Source of the DNA: an uncultured Planctomycetia bacterium
GTDB lineage: Bacteria; Omnitrophota; Gorgyraeia; Tantalellales; Tantalellaceae
Length of the DNA stretch: 64,000 bases
Direction of reading: 5' to 3'
NCBI GenBank assembly: GCA_964421015.1
Contig: CAYQUS010000002.1
Location: 8,538-72,537, forward strand
Shown: one piece after another, positions 17,901-27,045 of the stretch
Numbering within the stretch: the stretch's first letter is position 1
Layout: each line of letters starts with the position of its first letter
The notes under the pieces: generated by a model
Databases searched by the model: none
What the model saw: the letters and a program-made list of their open reading frames with translations, nothing else
What the model was told of the DNA's origin: nothing
Program-made: the position numbers and the translations under genes

Positions 17901-20900
17901 AAAAAATGTCGCTCACTCCCGTTAAAAAAGAAACAAATGTAGTGGCCTTTTTAAACAGGATAATAAGACTGGCCGGACAGAAAACGACCATAACGGACAA
18001 CACTAATTTCCGCACCGCCATAAGAGGACGCTCGGACCAGATCTTCGGGATAAAGCTCGAAAGCGACTCCAAGAAAGACGATATTCCCTTACACGGAAAC
18101 TGGCTTGCGGGAATGAACTTCTCGCGGCTGGAAACCTACGATCCCGAAAGCCCATCGGACTGGGTCATAAAGTTCGGTCAGTTCGCCGATGGAACTTCGG
18201 CAATAGCAAGCTGGCTCAAAGAGTGGAAAATAAACTCTCTCGGCATGAAGGAGCTGTGCGCCCATGACCCTGTCAGTTTCCTCTCTTCTATAGGTCACGA
18301 GGACCAGGCCAAAAAACTGGAAAAGGCCTGGCTCGAGGGAGACCATGGAACAGTGAACAATATCATCAATACGTTTTTCTGCGTAAAGGATAAAGGCCTT
18401 TTTACGGCAGCCCCCATGGTGAAAGGCGGGTTCACCCTCAATAAGATCCTGCATGTTCTCTATCCCGAGATCCACGCCGGGCCGGATGTTAAGACCCCGG
18501 AAGAAGCCGAACGTTTTCAGGCGGAATGCGCCGAGATAAAGCGCCAGCTTGACGCGCTGTTCGCCCGAAAAACACCCGACCAGAGAAAAGAAATACTTTC
18601 GTCCTGGGCTCAGAGAATACATTCCATAGCCGGCAAACTTCACCGGAACGGCATAGTCCACCGGGACCTTAAACCCGATAACATCCTTATAAACATAGAA
18701 AAACAGGACATACGGATAATAGATTTTGAGACCGCGATATTCACCGAAAAAAGAGGAGAAAATATAATCATCCCGGAAGTAAAAAAAGCCGCGACTCCCG
18801 GATACGCGCATTTTTATCAGTTCAATGAGGACATCTACACGGCACTTAGAAGCGTCGGGGAAAAAGCGCTCTGGGCATACCTGAAAGCTCAGGACGTATT
18901 CGCCCTCGAAGTCATATCGGACGAGCTGGTCAACGGAGACACTCCTTTTGACGCGGCGGAATGGGAGACTTTTTCGTCTAAAGGGATGGCCCATCGGATG
19001 ATAAAGAACGGGCATGACCTTATCCTGGCCAGGAACATGGTAGACCTAGCCAGAGCGCATCAGACAGGTAATTATGAAAAACTGCTCGCCCAAAAAAGAA
19101 AAGAATACCAGTCTTTTTCCACCGGACCGCTTCTGGGAGCATACGAGGAAGCCTCCCGCCTTAAATATGACCTTCAGGCCCTTAGAAAAAAAGTGGAACT
19201 CTCCAATTCGCTGAAAAATCAGGCCGAGGAAAAAGAATACTCTTCCTGGGACGCTCTTGAGACTTTGCGGGAGGAGCTTTCCGCCGTAAGCGCGAGGGAA
19301 AAGTTCCTTTCCGAGAAGATAAACCAGCTTGAAATACGCAAAAGGTCTGGCTCCGATCTTTCTTCTTTGCGCGCGGAATTTTCCGAGATCAGGCATAAAA
19401 GAAGTGTTATCGCCTCGAGGGCTCAGGCCGCCGAGGAAAAATACTTCGCGTCTAAAGAAGAGGCCGATGCCGCCCGGAAAAACTCGCAGGCCGCCCGGCT
19501 GGAGTACGATGTTCTTGCCGGGAAATATGCTTCCTCCCAGTCTTTGCTGAGCCAGATGGAGAGGAGAAAGAACAACCTGGAACGCTTTCTTTCTCTGGTA
19601 GAATGGCTGTCGGAAGAAAAACCCGAAATGACCTCTCCTCTCTTGCCCGACGGGAACATCTCTCTTCTCGGCGGGGGGATCTCGTGGGTAGGCGGGGATA
19701 ATTTTACGGGGGGAACGCCGATGGTTAGTTCTCAGGACCTTGACCCTGTGTTCATCGGCGCGGAAAAAACGCTGTCCCTTTTAAGCAAAAGGGATGACGG
19801 GCTCCCTGAACTTCCCGTCGGCATCAGCTCTGAAGGAAAAGTTTTCCAGACTCTGGATTTTATTGACCTTGAGGGAAAACGGATAAACATAAGGCCGCTT
19901 AACGGATCTGTCCTGGCTTCGATTTCGGAAGACGGCAAAACCGCGGCCGTGAACTGGAACCTCATAAACGTCTTGCTCGCCCTTGCCGAGACCCCGGATT
20001 CCCCTGAAAAGATAACGGGAATGAAAAAGATCCTTTCAGACGCTCTTCTCCCCGCCGATATAGGAGAAAAGATCTATTCCGATTTTTCGAAAGTTTCGGG
20101 TCTTTCCTCAGCCGAAAAATACATGATAGCCGGCCGCGTTCTTCTTCATGAGATAACGGAAGCTTACCTCATACAATCCCAGCTGGAAGACGCTCAAGGT
20201 GCGGCTGAAAACCCCGTCGACAGGTCCAGGGCGCATTTCTCGGCCATGGTCGCGGAACTTTACGCGGGAAATACTTTAAAAATAAGGTCTGTCCTGGGGC
20301 CCATCCTGGCTTCGCGCGACCTTAACGAGGCCCGCGGGGTGATCTCATCGCGCGTATCCTCCGGGAAAAAGGATTTTCCGGCCGCGTCCCGGGAAGATTT
20401 TAAAGAAACTGCCGAAAAAATTTCCGGGAAATGTTATCAGGACCTCTTTTTCGGGAAAAACTCTTACATCTTCGTTTTGGGAGCCGAGCCATCCGTCTCT
20501 GAGGGTACTCTTCAGGAGGCTATGTCTCTAGGGCCATCAGTTTCTTCGTCCGCCGGCGCGGCGCGAAGTTTCGCGGCAAAGCAGAATTTCGGAAAGGTCT
20601 CCATATCCCATCATACCGGTAAAGACCAGGCGCTATCCGCCCTTGTTTCCATGGCCTCTCTCCCGGCCGGAAAAAACCGCGTGCATTGCTCTATAAGCCG
20701 GACCCTGCTTTCGGAGATGGACGCTGATCCCTCCGTACTCGCGGCGATTAACGCCTCTTCCGGAGCTAAAACATATTCCTCTGTTTCGGGATTTCTCTCT
20801 TCTTCCGCCATAACCGACATCATAGACGACAGGATTGAGCCGCACGGCGGAGACACGGCCAAAGTACTGCCCATGCCTTACAATGAGGCTTCTCTCCATG

Positions 20901-21199
20901 GCATAGCCCGTCTTAACCTTTCGCATCTGCTTTCCGAATTCCGCGACGAGGACCTTGACGCCGCGAACCCCGATTTCATGAGGGCGGTGAACATGGTGGC
21001 GCTTACAGTCGCCCTCATGTCCGGGAGAAATGACGTGGATTCCATAGCTTTTTCCCTTCTCTCTCTGGCCGGGAATAATCCCAGGGAATTCTTTGTGAGC
21101 GGGAACCTCAGCATTTTCCTCCCGCCCGCGGTTCCGAGGAATCACGAAGAAATACGGGAGGATTATCTTTCAAAGGCAGCTTTGCTCCGATATCTGTAA
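14978..21199 (+). CDS. giant (2073 aa) predicted secreted multidomain protein with an embedded eukaryotic-like Ser/Thr protein kinase domain and coiled-coil regions
   Basis: One uninterrupted 6.2 kb ORF. Signal-peptide-like N-terminus. Kinase catalytic loop HRDLKPDNIL (~18655-18690), then IIDFETAIF (DFG-like, reads DFE), ATPGYAHF (resembles the APE motif) and DVFALEVISDELVNGDTPF (subdomain IX-like). Long heptad and charged coiled-coil stretches lie downstream. Confidence 0.75.
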   Translation: MTVHFLCRSARASFNRLKKAVSLSLAFCLLCPGLSLGKDQYPVPSSDRAVHDTANLSAANTIEIPYGLGFITDRWDGGADPSGYTVIHIQDAHCNYDAQKAVAGIISYLSKRYGAYVVNLEGGEGPYDTSLFSHLGSGDLAQKAADILLEKGLLNGAEYAAVSEGGVFLWGIEDPFLYSKNLSAYRESVSAKEESGRLLSVLNDEVSKAQKSVFSEKLLEIEKFKVGYRSGTLELKDYFTYLWSLAEVSGIDVSLYPLSQKMAGILEKERGIDFEKAGTERTMLVELLGEHLPGEDVLSIAQAAENFRLGKISEASFHGYLYARSAILGERFEDFRELSKYISYSADHGAIDDTFLTEELPSLENSILDLFASTPEEKELLFFARLLETAGRILSFTVTEKDFNFYRTHSSRLQDLGSFVENFIPCGSTSEGAGSAARDLSGYTAKAALFYEYSLLRDEAFLGNMISSPLSRTAVLVTGGFHTKNLARVFREKGIAYVTVMPSFRNAEGYASPYFSVLEGSNGFFPISAAPGAYSLQVPSALAPIKDALTEADLEEYEVNAYVTGEIARGKKLIISMDGGKTLEIGSGTTERLSLDELLHRVHEVYIDRIMARGDFTEVSDEDRDDACGIALEVTQDHSIQRQIIDLHRGENAEGKKLHMQFSSGLGRTKILEHSGGMGVSISSGLYTIEEVRRALVHGIISGFLDDHRMADLITEALLKDDISLASRMFSSAMKGKPAIAVWERSDLVRRSGKRDYADRLSDLQALMSSHSLIRTEKGTWYESQGLRFYRGLWQKNHQIAQGIKVHIDATDDTGKIDIDLLSGAVSLLEKWGFPFKISEPFGQKLVRTHEDSSSYDQEGKTVVIWLVDIEGAPLKDWNKIEDFLSSLESYLSKSPKTKTHFSHDGTTNDQLYGDSGRLGYRFGSYNSGVVIVPSEKGLEQIRPDDHHKHDSELIRHTGLYGSVPEEPFEVQAAKKMSLTPVKKETNVVAFLNRIIRLAGQKTTITDNTNFRTAIRGRSDQIFGIKLESDSKKDDIPLHGNWLAGMNFSRLETYDPESPSDWVIKFGQFADGTSAIASWLKEWKINSLGMKELCAHDPVSFLSSIGHEDQAKKLEKAWLEGDHGTVNNIINTFFCVKDKGLFTAAPMVKGGFTLNKILHVLYPEIHAGPDVKTPEEAERFQAECAEIKRQLDALFARKTPDQRKEILSSWAQRIHSIAGKLHRNGIVHRDLKPDNILINIEKQDIRIIDFETAIFTEKRGENIIIPEVKKAATPGYAHFYQFNEDIYTALRSVGEKALWAYLKAQDVFALEVISDELVNGDTPFDAAEWETFSSKGMAHRMIKNGHDLILARNMVDLARAHQTGNYEKLLAQKRKEYQSFSTGPLLGAYEEASRLKYDLQALRKKVELSNSLKNQAEEKEYSSWDALETLREELSAVSAREKFLSEKINQLEIRKRSGSDLSSLRAEFSEIRHKRSVIASRAQAAEEKYFASKEEADAARKNSQAARLEYDVLAGKYASSQSLLSQMERRKNNLERFLSLVEWLSEEKPEMTSPLLPDGNISLLGGGISWVGGDNFTGGTPMVSSQDLDPVFIGAEKTLSLLSKRDDGLPELPVGISSEGKVFQTLDFIDLEGKRINIRPLNGSVLASISEDGKTAAVNWNLINVLLALAETPDSPEKITGMKKILSDALLPADIGEKIYSDFSKVSGLSSAEKYMIAGRVLLHEITEAYLIQSQLEDAQGAAENPVDRSRAHFSAMVAELYAGNTLKIRSVLGPILASRDLNEARGVISSRVSSGKKDFPAASREDFKETAEKISGKCYQDLFFGKNSYIFVLGAEPSVSEGTLQEAMSLGPSVSSSAGAARSFAAKQNFGKVSISHHTGKDQALSALVSMASLPAGKNRVHCSISRTLLSEMDADPSVLAAINASSGAKTYSSVSGFLSSSAITDIIDDRIEPHGGDTAKVLPMPYNEASLHGIARLNLSHLLSEFRDEDLDAANPDFMRAVNMVALTVALMSGRNDVDSIAFSLLSLAGNNPREFFVSGNLSIFLPPAVPRNHEEIREDYLSKAALLRYL

Positions 21200-21213
21200 A
21201 ACCGTCTGGATCC

Positions 21214-21813
21214 TTATTTAAGATACTTTTTAATGGCGGGTTTCATTTTCTTCAGAGCCTGGGCTCGGTGGCTTATTTTATTTTTTTCTTCAGCTTCCAT
21301 CTCCGCGAAAGTCTTGTTCTTGCCGCGGGGCAGAAAAAGCGGATCATAACCGAACCCGTTGTCCCCTCTTGGCTGCTCAAGTATGGCTCCCTCGACAACA
21401 CCTTCGAAACTTTCCAGAAGATGTCCGTCGGAAGCCAGCGCCAAGTGGCATACAAACCTGGCCGAGCGGTTCTTCTCCGGGATAAGGCTTAGGAGTTTAA
21501 GGACTTTCTCATTATTCTCTTCGTCGGTGGCCTTTGATCTGGCGAACCTGGCCGATCTCACGCCGGGCTTCCCTCCCAGCGCCTCTACCTCAAGGCCGGA
21601 ATCGTCAGCCAGAACAAGTCCGTCGAAAAACCTGGAAAGAGTGAGGGCCTTTTTCACCGCGTTCTGCCTGAAAGTCCTGCCGTCCTCGACCACCACCGGG
21701 ACTTCTATCTTCAGATCGTCCAATATCATGACCTTCACCGTCTTCGACCCGCCGAGTATGGTTTTAAGCTCATCTCTTTTTTTCCTGTTATGCGTGGCTA
21801 AAAGAAGTTTCAT
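21214..21813 (-). CDS. rdgB: non-canonical purine NTP pyrophosphatase (RdgB/HAM1)
   Basis: HAM1-family motifs ([17 protein letters not shown]...). Overlaps rph by 4 nt, the classic rph-rdgB arrangement. Confidence 0.85.
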   Translation of the reverse strand: MKLLLATHNRKKRDELKTILGGSKTVKVMILDDLKIEVPVVVEDGRTFRQNAVKKALTLSRFFDGLVLADDSGLEVEALGGKPGVRSARFARSKATDEENNEKVLKLLSLIPEKNRSARFVCHLALASDGHLLESFEGVVEGAILEQPRGDNGFGYDPLFLPRGKNKTFAEMEAEEKNKISHRAQALKKMKPAIKKYLK

Positions 21814-22538
21814 ATGACCCCCGCTGATTTAAGAGCTTCTTTCTGTTTTTCCACTATTTTCATTATTCCCTTTTTCGCCAGGTCAAGCATTTCATCCAGA
21901 TCTTCTTTTCCGAACGGCTCTTTTTCCGCCGTTCCCTGCACCTCGACGAATTTCCCGCCATCGGTCATCACCACGTTCATATCTACTTCGGCGGCTGAAT
22001 CCTCCTCATACGTAAGATCCAGAAAAGGGGTTCCCCCTACCATTCCGGCGCTCACCGCGGCGATAAAACTGTTGATGGGTATTTCTTTCAGCGCATTATC
22101 TTTTTTAAGCCGCCCCAACGCCAGGTAAAGAGCTATAAAACTGCCGTTTATGCTGGCGCATCTGGTTCCGCCGTCCGCCTGGATCACGTCGCAGTCCATC
22201 CATATCGTCCTTTCTCCCAGCGCTTCCATGTTTACCACCCCGCGCATGGACCTTCCTATGAGACGCTGTATCTCATGAGTCCGCCCGCCTTGCTTTCCTT
22301 TTGAGGATTCTCTCTGCACTCTTTTCTGACAGGACCTTGGAAGCATGGAGTATTCAGAGGTTATCCAGCCCGTTCCTTTTCCCCGCAGAAAAAGCGGCAC
22401 CCCTTCCTCCACGCTGGCGGTGCATACCACTTTTGTTTTCCCCGCTTCAAAAAGGCAGGACCCTTCCGCGTAATCTATATAGTCCGTTGTGATGTTTATC
22501 TTTCTCATGCCGTTAGGCATTCTTCCGTCCTGTCTCAT
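21810..22538 (-). CDS. rph: ribonuclease PH
   Basis: RNase PH fold motifs ([24 protein letters not shown]..., [11 protein letters not shown]). Confidence 0.9.
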   Translation of the reverse strand: MRQDGRMPNGMRKINITTDYIDYAEGSCLFEAGKTKVVCTASVEEGVPLFLRGKGTGWITSEYSMLPRSCQKRVQRESSKGKQGGRTHEIQRLIGRSMRGVVNMEALGERTIWMDCDVIQADGGTRCASINGSFIALYLALGRLKKDNALKEIPINSFIAAVSAGMVGGTPFLDLTYEEDSAAEVDMNVVMTDGGKFVEVQGTAEKEPFGKEDLDEMLDLAKKGIMKIVEKQKEALKSAGVI

Positions 22539-22539
22539 A

Positions 22540-23106
22540 TTATGAACTCCCTCTTTTGCGATCTTTTTTGCCCGATACGATAGAATATATGTCTTTTCCG
22601 CGAGAGTCTATTCCCACTATTAGAGGGAAGTCCTTCACCTCGAGCCTGTATACCGCTTCGGGACCGAGATCTTTAAAAGCCACTACCCGTGAACTTTTGA
22701 CTTTTTCCGAAAGGTAGGCTCCCGCCCCGGCCGGAGCCAAAAAATAGACAGCGCCGGCTTTTTTTACGGCGGCCCTCACATTTTCGGACCTCCTCCCCTT
22801 TCCTATAAGCCCCTTTGCCCCCAGACCAAGAACATCAGGAGTGAACCCGTCCATCCGGCTTGACGTTGTAGGCCCGCAGGAACCTATTACGCGTTTTCCT
22901 CTGGGCGTGGGCCCGGCGTAGAACAACACATTGCCCCTAAGCGTGAAAGGAGGTTTTTTGCCGCTTTTTATCCCTTCTGACAACCTGAGATGAGCCTGAT
23001 CCCTGGCGGTATACACCGTTCCCGAAAGAAATACCATTTCCCCGGCCTTGAGAGACCGGATCTCTTTTTCCGATAATGGCGCAAAGATCCTTTTCATATT
23101 TTTCAA
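22540..23106 (-). CDS. class I fumarate hydratase beta subunit (Fe-S hydro-lyase, tartrate/fumarate family)
   Basis: [14 protein letters not shown]...FYAGPTP...[12 protein letters not shown] is typical of the FumB C-terminal domain or TtdB. Confidence 0.8.
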   Translation of the reverse strand: MKNMKRIFAPLSEKEIRSLKAGEMVFLSGTVYTARDQAHLRLSEGIKSGKKPPFTLRGNVLFYAGPTPRGKRVIGSCGPTTSSRMDGFTPDVLGLGAKGLIGKGRRSENVRAAVKKAGAVYFLAPAGAGAYLSEKVKSSRVVAFKDLGPEAVYRLEVKDFPLIVGIDSRGKDIYSIVSGKKDRKRGSS

Positions 23107-23109
23107 AAC

Positions 23110-23958
23110 CTATATCACCCCTGAGGCTGACCGCAGTGAATGACAGGAGAGCGCCACCGATACCGGAAGGCCGGCTATGTGAGTGGGCCCTGTTTCCACA
23201 TTTACGGCCAGAGCCGTTGTCCTGCCTCCGAGACCCATTACCCCTATCCCGAGAGCGTTCACCTTTTTGAGTATTTTTTTCTCAAGCGCGCTTGTCCTTG
23301 CCGTAGCGCGCCTCCCGGAAACAGGGCCAAGCAGAGCTTTCTTGGCCATTAAAGCGCATGAATCCATTGTCCCGCCTATCCCTACTCCCAGCACATAAGG
23401 AGGACAGGCATCCGGTCCGGCCAAGGCCACGGTCTTTACGCAAAAATCCACTATCGCGTCTTCTCCTGCCGTGGGGTTCAGCATGGTTATTCTTCCCTTA
23501 TTCTCGCTTCCGAAACCTTTCGGCATTACCGTTATCTTTATCTCCCGGCCCTTCACTATGTCCACATGCTTAACGGCCGGAGAGTTGGTATTCTTGTATT
23601 TCCTCGTGATCGGGTCTGTAACCAGCGATTTCCTGAAGTTGTATTCCGTGTACGCTTTTTCCACTCCGCTGTCGATAGCCCCGGAAAAACTTCCTCCGAC
23701 TATCTTTACATCCTGCCCCAATTCAATAAAGACAGCGGCGAGGCCCGTATCCTGGCATAGCGGCAGTTTCTCTTTTTCCGCTATACCGGCATTCTCGATG
23801 AGGATCTTTATCATGCTCCTTGAAACAGGGGAAGTCTCGACGCGGAGAGCCGTCTTAAGAGCTTTCAGGATGTCGGGACGCATCACGACATTAGCCTTGT
23901 AACACAGCTCTTTGACCTTTTTCTCTATGTCCAGGATGTGGACCCGCCGGGTCGTCAT
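23110..23958 (-). CDS. class I fumarate hydratase alpha subunit (Fe-S hydro-lyase)
   Basis: Track ORF 23110..24045. The start is set at Met30 (MTTRRVHIL), which gives an ATGA overlap with the murI stop. Motifs CQDTGLAAVF...GVGIGGTMD. Confidence 0.75.
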   Translation of the reverse strand: MTTRRVHILDIEKKVKELCYKANVVMRPDILKALKTALRVETSPVSRSMIKILIENAGIAEKEKLPLCQDTGLAAVFIELGQDVKIVGGSFSGAIDSGVEKAYTEYNFRKSLVTDPITRKYKNTNSPAVKHVDIVKGREIKITVMPKGFGSENKGRITMLNPTAGEDAIVDFCVKTVALAGPDACPPYVLGVGIGGTMDSCALMAKKALLGPVSGRRATARTSALEKKILKKVNALGIGVMGLGGRTTALAVNVETGPTHIAGLPVSVALSCHSLRSASGVI

Positions 23959-24770
23959 AGAACCGCCTTTTTTACATCCACGTTCTCTTTGAGGAACATT
24001 CCTGATATTTTCTTGAATTTTTCGGGAGCGTCGCTGACGTAACACCTCATTTTTCCCTTTCTTCCGCGTCTTTCGGCCGAAAGGCCGTTTGATCGAAGGA
24101 CCATTTTAAGTTCCTCCGCCACGGCGCGGGATGAATCCACAAGACTTACGCCCTTCATTACGGAAGATATGACCTTCTTCAGCATGGGATAATGGGTACA
24201 TCCGAGGATCAGGGTATCAATTCCTCTTTTTCTAAGAGAAAACAGATATTTTTCGGCTATTTTCTCTGTTATTTCCCCGGAAATCATCCTGTTTTCTACA
24301 AGGGGCACAAAAAGAGGGCAGCTTTCCGAGAACAGCCTGAAATCACCCTTCTGTGTTTTTTCAAGCTCTCTGTCGTAGGCCCCGCTTGCCACGGTAGCCT
24401 CTGTGCCTATAACCCCTATTCTGCGGTTCTTAGATATGCCGACGGCCTTTCTTATGCCGGGGCCTATAACCCCGACTACGGGCATATCGTAATTTTTCTG
24501 AAGGAAAGCTCTGCTGAAACTCGACGCCGTATTGCAGGCAATAACAACCGCTTTGACCTTTTTACCCGCCAAAAAGTCCACTATTTCTTTCGAGAACCTG
24601 TTTATGGTATCCCTGGATTTGTTCCCGTACGGTACACGGGCCGTATCCCCGAAGTATATTATGTCCTCCATGGGAAGCATTTCCCGTATGCTTCTCGCCA
24701 CGGTAAGCCCCCCTACCCCGGAGTCAAAAACCCCTATAGGTCTGTTGTTTGGCCTCTCCATGAGCCACAT
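23955..24770 (-). CDS. murI: glutamate racemase
   Basis: GVFDSGVGGLTV...ACNTAS...LGCTHYP. Confidence 0.9.
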   Translation of the reverse strand: MWLMERPNNRPIGVFDSGVGGLTVARSIREMLPMEDIIYFGDTARVPYGNKSRDTINRFSKEIVDFLAGKKVKAVVIACNTASSFSRAFLQKNYDMPVVGVIGPGIRKAVGISKNRRIGVIGTEATVASGAYDRELEKTQKGDFRLFSESCPLFVPLVENRMISGEITEKIAEKYLFSLRKRGIDTLILGCTHYPMLKKVISSVMKGVSLVDSSRAVAEELKMVLRSNGLSAERRGRKGKMRCYVSDAPEKFKKISGMFLKENVDVKKAVL

Positions 24771-24821
24771 TATAACGGATATGTCCTTCGAGGTAAAGAA
24801 TTTACGTCCTCCTGCAGACAG

Positions 24822-24867
24822 AAAAACACCCCGAAACCTCTATTTCACGGGGTTACGGGGTGTTTTT
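24822..24867. terminator. bidirectional Rho-independent terminator (aaaaacacccc-loop-ggggtgttttt)
   Basis: Perfect 11-bp inverted repeat, flanked by A-runs on one side and T-runs on the other, between convergent or adjacent genes. Confidence 0.5.
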
Positions 24868-24883
24868 TCTTTAAATGCTCTTA

Positions 24884-25216
24884 TTACTTAGTTCCCTGAA
24901 CTGTCTTACCGGTGTTGACTGTGGCGTCATAAACCGTCTTGCCGCTCTTTTCTATCGGATCGGTCACTACGTTACGAGCCTTGCCTTTTCCTTTGAACCA
25001 TCTGCCTATCGCCTGGAAAGGACTTACAGCAACTTCGCCTGTGCCCTTTACCGCTTCGCCGACCGTATTCACTGAACCCTTGACCACATTCTCGGAATAC
25101 TGTGTCGTCTTCTTCGCGGCATCCATTGCCGGGCCCGTAGCTTCCTCAGCCATGACCTGACCGACGAACGCAAACACCATAACCATAACCACCATTACAG
25201 AAACAAGCTTCCTCAT
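24884..25216 (-). CDS. small secreted protein, hypothetical
   Basis: Signal peptide MRKLVSVMVVMVMVFAFVGQVMA. Lys/Gly/Thr-rich. Confidence 0.5.
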   Translation of the reverse strand: MRKLVSVMVVMVMVFAFVGQVMAEEATGPAMDAAKKTTQYSENVVKGSVNTVGEAVKGTGEVAVSPFQAIGRWFKGKGKARNVVTDPIEKSGKTVYDATVNTGKTVQGTK

Positions 25217-25302
25217 CTTATTCCCCCTTTTTTGAGAACCGCTATGAGGGAATTATACATTAATCCCCTCAGCTTCGCAAGATTATTTAGGCGCGTAAGA
25301 GC

Positions 25303-25497
25303 CTATTTCCTCACTATTTCCCTCAAAACTTCCACCATTTTCACATGCGACCCCTCGTCCCTCATGAGCCACTCCAGAACCGTCCTTACGGCGCCGTCCT
25401 CCACTCTGTCAAGACACCGGGCATATACGTCCCTCATGTCGCGTTCCACTTTTTCTATCTGGTCGATATACTCAAGGTAATCTTCTTTAGTAAGCAT
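25303..25497 (-). CDS. small acidic protein (64 aa), downstream member of duplicated two-gene cassette A
   Basis: MLTKEDYLEYIDQIE... is a paralog of the 63 aa ORF at 30764..30955. Its start overlaps the upstream 83 aa gene by 11 nt in a conserved configuration. Confidence 0.55.
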   Translation of the reverse strand: MLTKEDYLEYIDQIEKVERDMRDVYARCLDRVEDGAVRTVLEWLMRDEGSHVKMVEVLREIVRK

Positions 25498-25738
25498 CCC
25501 TGTCTCCGGTTTTAACGTCCCTTACAAGCCCCATGACCGCGGCCTTATGCCTTTCCGATTCGGAAAGAAGCACTTTGAGTATTTTCTTTACTTTTTCGGC
25601 GTCAGAAGTCCCCATCCCGGTCCAGAATACCGCTGTTTCAAGATGCCTGGCATAGATAGATATGGAACTTTCTTCCGCTATAAGGGCCTTTTCCAGTATT
25701 GTCAGCAGTTCCTTCTTGCTTATCATTTTATTCCTCAT
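25487..25738 (-). CDS. small helical protein (83 aa), upstream member of cassette A
   Basis: Paralog of the 79 aa ORF at 30945..31184 (shared pattern L..LEKA....R.L..HL...AV...G...EK..K.L......H.AA...). Confidence 0.55.
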   Translation of the reverse strand: MRNKMISKKELLTILEKALIAEESSISIYARHLETAVFWTGMGTSDAEKVKKILKVLLSESERHKAAVMGLVRDVKTGDRDAY

Positions 25739-26678
25739 CCTTGAAATAACCGCTTTTCAGGCTTTTCCCGAAACTTGCGGCGCCTTCCGTGCCCGGCTTA
25801 AAACTCCAGTCAACTTCCTTGTCTACGTTAAAAAGGATAAAACCTTTTACTTTTTTCCAGGACCTGATATTTTTCATGGCCTCGCGTATCCAAACGGCTT
25901 TATTTCCTCCCTGTCCCGAAGAGCCGAACTCGCTTATTATGACCGGCTTGCCGAATTCTTTCACGGCTCTCGTGTAGGCGGGGAGAAATATCTCCCTGAA
26001 ACTACGCCATCTGCTCCATTCGCGCGTATTCCCCCAATTATAACCGTCTATACCTACATAATCAACGTACCCGTCTCCGGGATAGTATTCCGCGAAATCA
26101 TTCCACGGTTCATCCGGGACATTTTCCCAGTTAAAGGAAAAGACCCATTTCACATTGGCGGCTCCCTCAGCGCTGAAAACATCCTTAACATGCCTGTACA
26201 TCTTCTTGTAGTTTTCGCTTCCTATAATGCTTCCGGACCAGGGATACCAGTCCCCGTTCATTTCATGAGCGAAACGTATAAGTATTTCGCGGTCGAACCC
26301 TGAGATCCGGGAAGCGAAGTTTCGTATATACTCATCGTACTCGCCTGCCAGAAGTTTCTCCGGGTCCACTCCCTCGGAATGGTTTTTCCATGGCTCCCAC
26401 GTTATAACAGGACGGCAGCCGTTCGCCAGTATGTCCCTTATCGTGTTATCTGGAGGGAACCTTTCCCAATCGGTAAAAACAAGAACATAGTATGGCTTTT
26501 TCCCGTAGGCTTTCTCGAAGGCTTTGATGTCCGCGTTCCCGGGATGATCCGTCAGAAAAGCCCCCGTGAAACATCCTCTGTGCTCTGACCAGATACTTGA
26601 CCTGGTAACGATGTACACCGAGACCCCGGCTATGATCAGAGTGAAAAATATCGCTAGTGCCTTATGCCCCGGGTTCAT
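25728..26678 (-). CDS. glycoside hydrolase, GH26-like (mannanase-type fold), membrane-anchored
   Basis: Motif RFAHEMNGDWYPWSG plus WEPW and FGSSGQ-type catalytic-region motifs. N-terminal TM anchor. Confidence 0.6.
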   Translation of the reverse strand: MNPGHKALAIFFTLIIAGVSVYIVTRSSIWSEHRGCFTGAFLTDHPGNADIKAFEKAYGKKPYYVLVFTDWERFPPDNTIRDILANGCRPVITWEPWKNHSEGVDPEKLLAGEYDEYIRNFASRISGFDREILIRFAHEMNGDWYPWSGSIIGSENYKKMYRHVKDVFSAEGAANVKWVFSFNWENVPDEPWNDFAEYYPGDGYVDYVGIDGYNWGNTREWSRWRSFREIFLPAYTRAVKEFGKPVIISEFGSSGQGGNKAVWIREAMKNIRSWKKVKGFILFNVDKEVDWSFKPGTEGAASFGKSLKSGYFKDEE

Positions 26679-27045
26679 TGTTCTCCGGGATGAATTCTCT
26701 TATTTTCGCCAATAATTCCGCATATTGGAAAGGCTTAAGGATAAAACCATCGTGGGAACATCCCTCAAAATCCTTTTTCCTTATGCCGGCGCTTGCCGTA
26801 AGAAGGATTATGGGGATATTTCTGAAATTTTGGTCGCCTTTAAGCTCTCCGCATACCTCAAACCCGTCCTTCCCGGGGAGCCTCAGGTCCAGCAGTATAA
26901 TATCGGGCCTTTGTTTCTTGGCCATTTCAACGCCTTCCTCGCCGTCGTCCGCCGTAAAAACCTCGTAACCGGCTTTTTCGAGTATGAACTTTACGGATTT
27001 AAGTATATCCGGCTCGTCGTCCACGATAAGTATTCTTTTAGGCAC
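26662..27045 (-). CDS. response regulator, receiver domain only (CheY-like)
   Basis: ILIVDDEPDILKS...DIILLDLRLPGKDGFEV...PIILLTA. Confidence 0.85.
   Translation of the reverse strand: MPKRILIVDDEPDILKSVKFILEKAGYEVFTADDGEEGVEMAKKQRPDIILLDLRLPGKDGFEVCGELKGDQNFRNIPIILLTASAGIRKKDFEGCSHDGFILKPFQYAELLAKIREFIPENNEPGA

Noticed and set aside
15330-21145. Numerous antisense ORFs inside the giant gene (for example 16388..16999, 17000..17527, 18089..19015, 20633..21145)
   Set aside because: These are shadow ORFs on the strand opposite a long, well-supported coding frame. They are Arg/Gly/Pro-rich junk translations.
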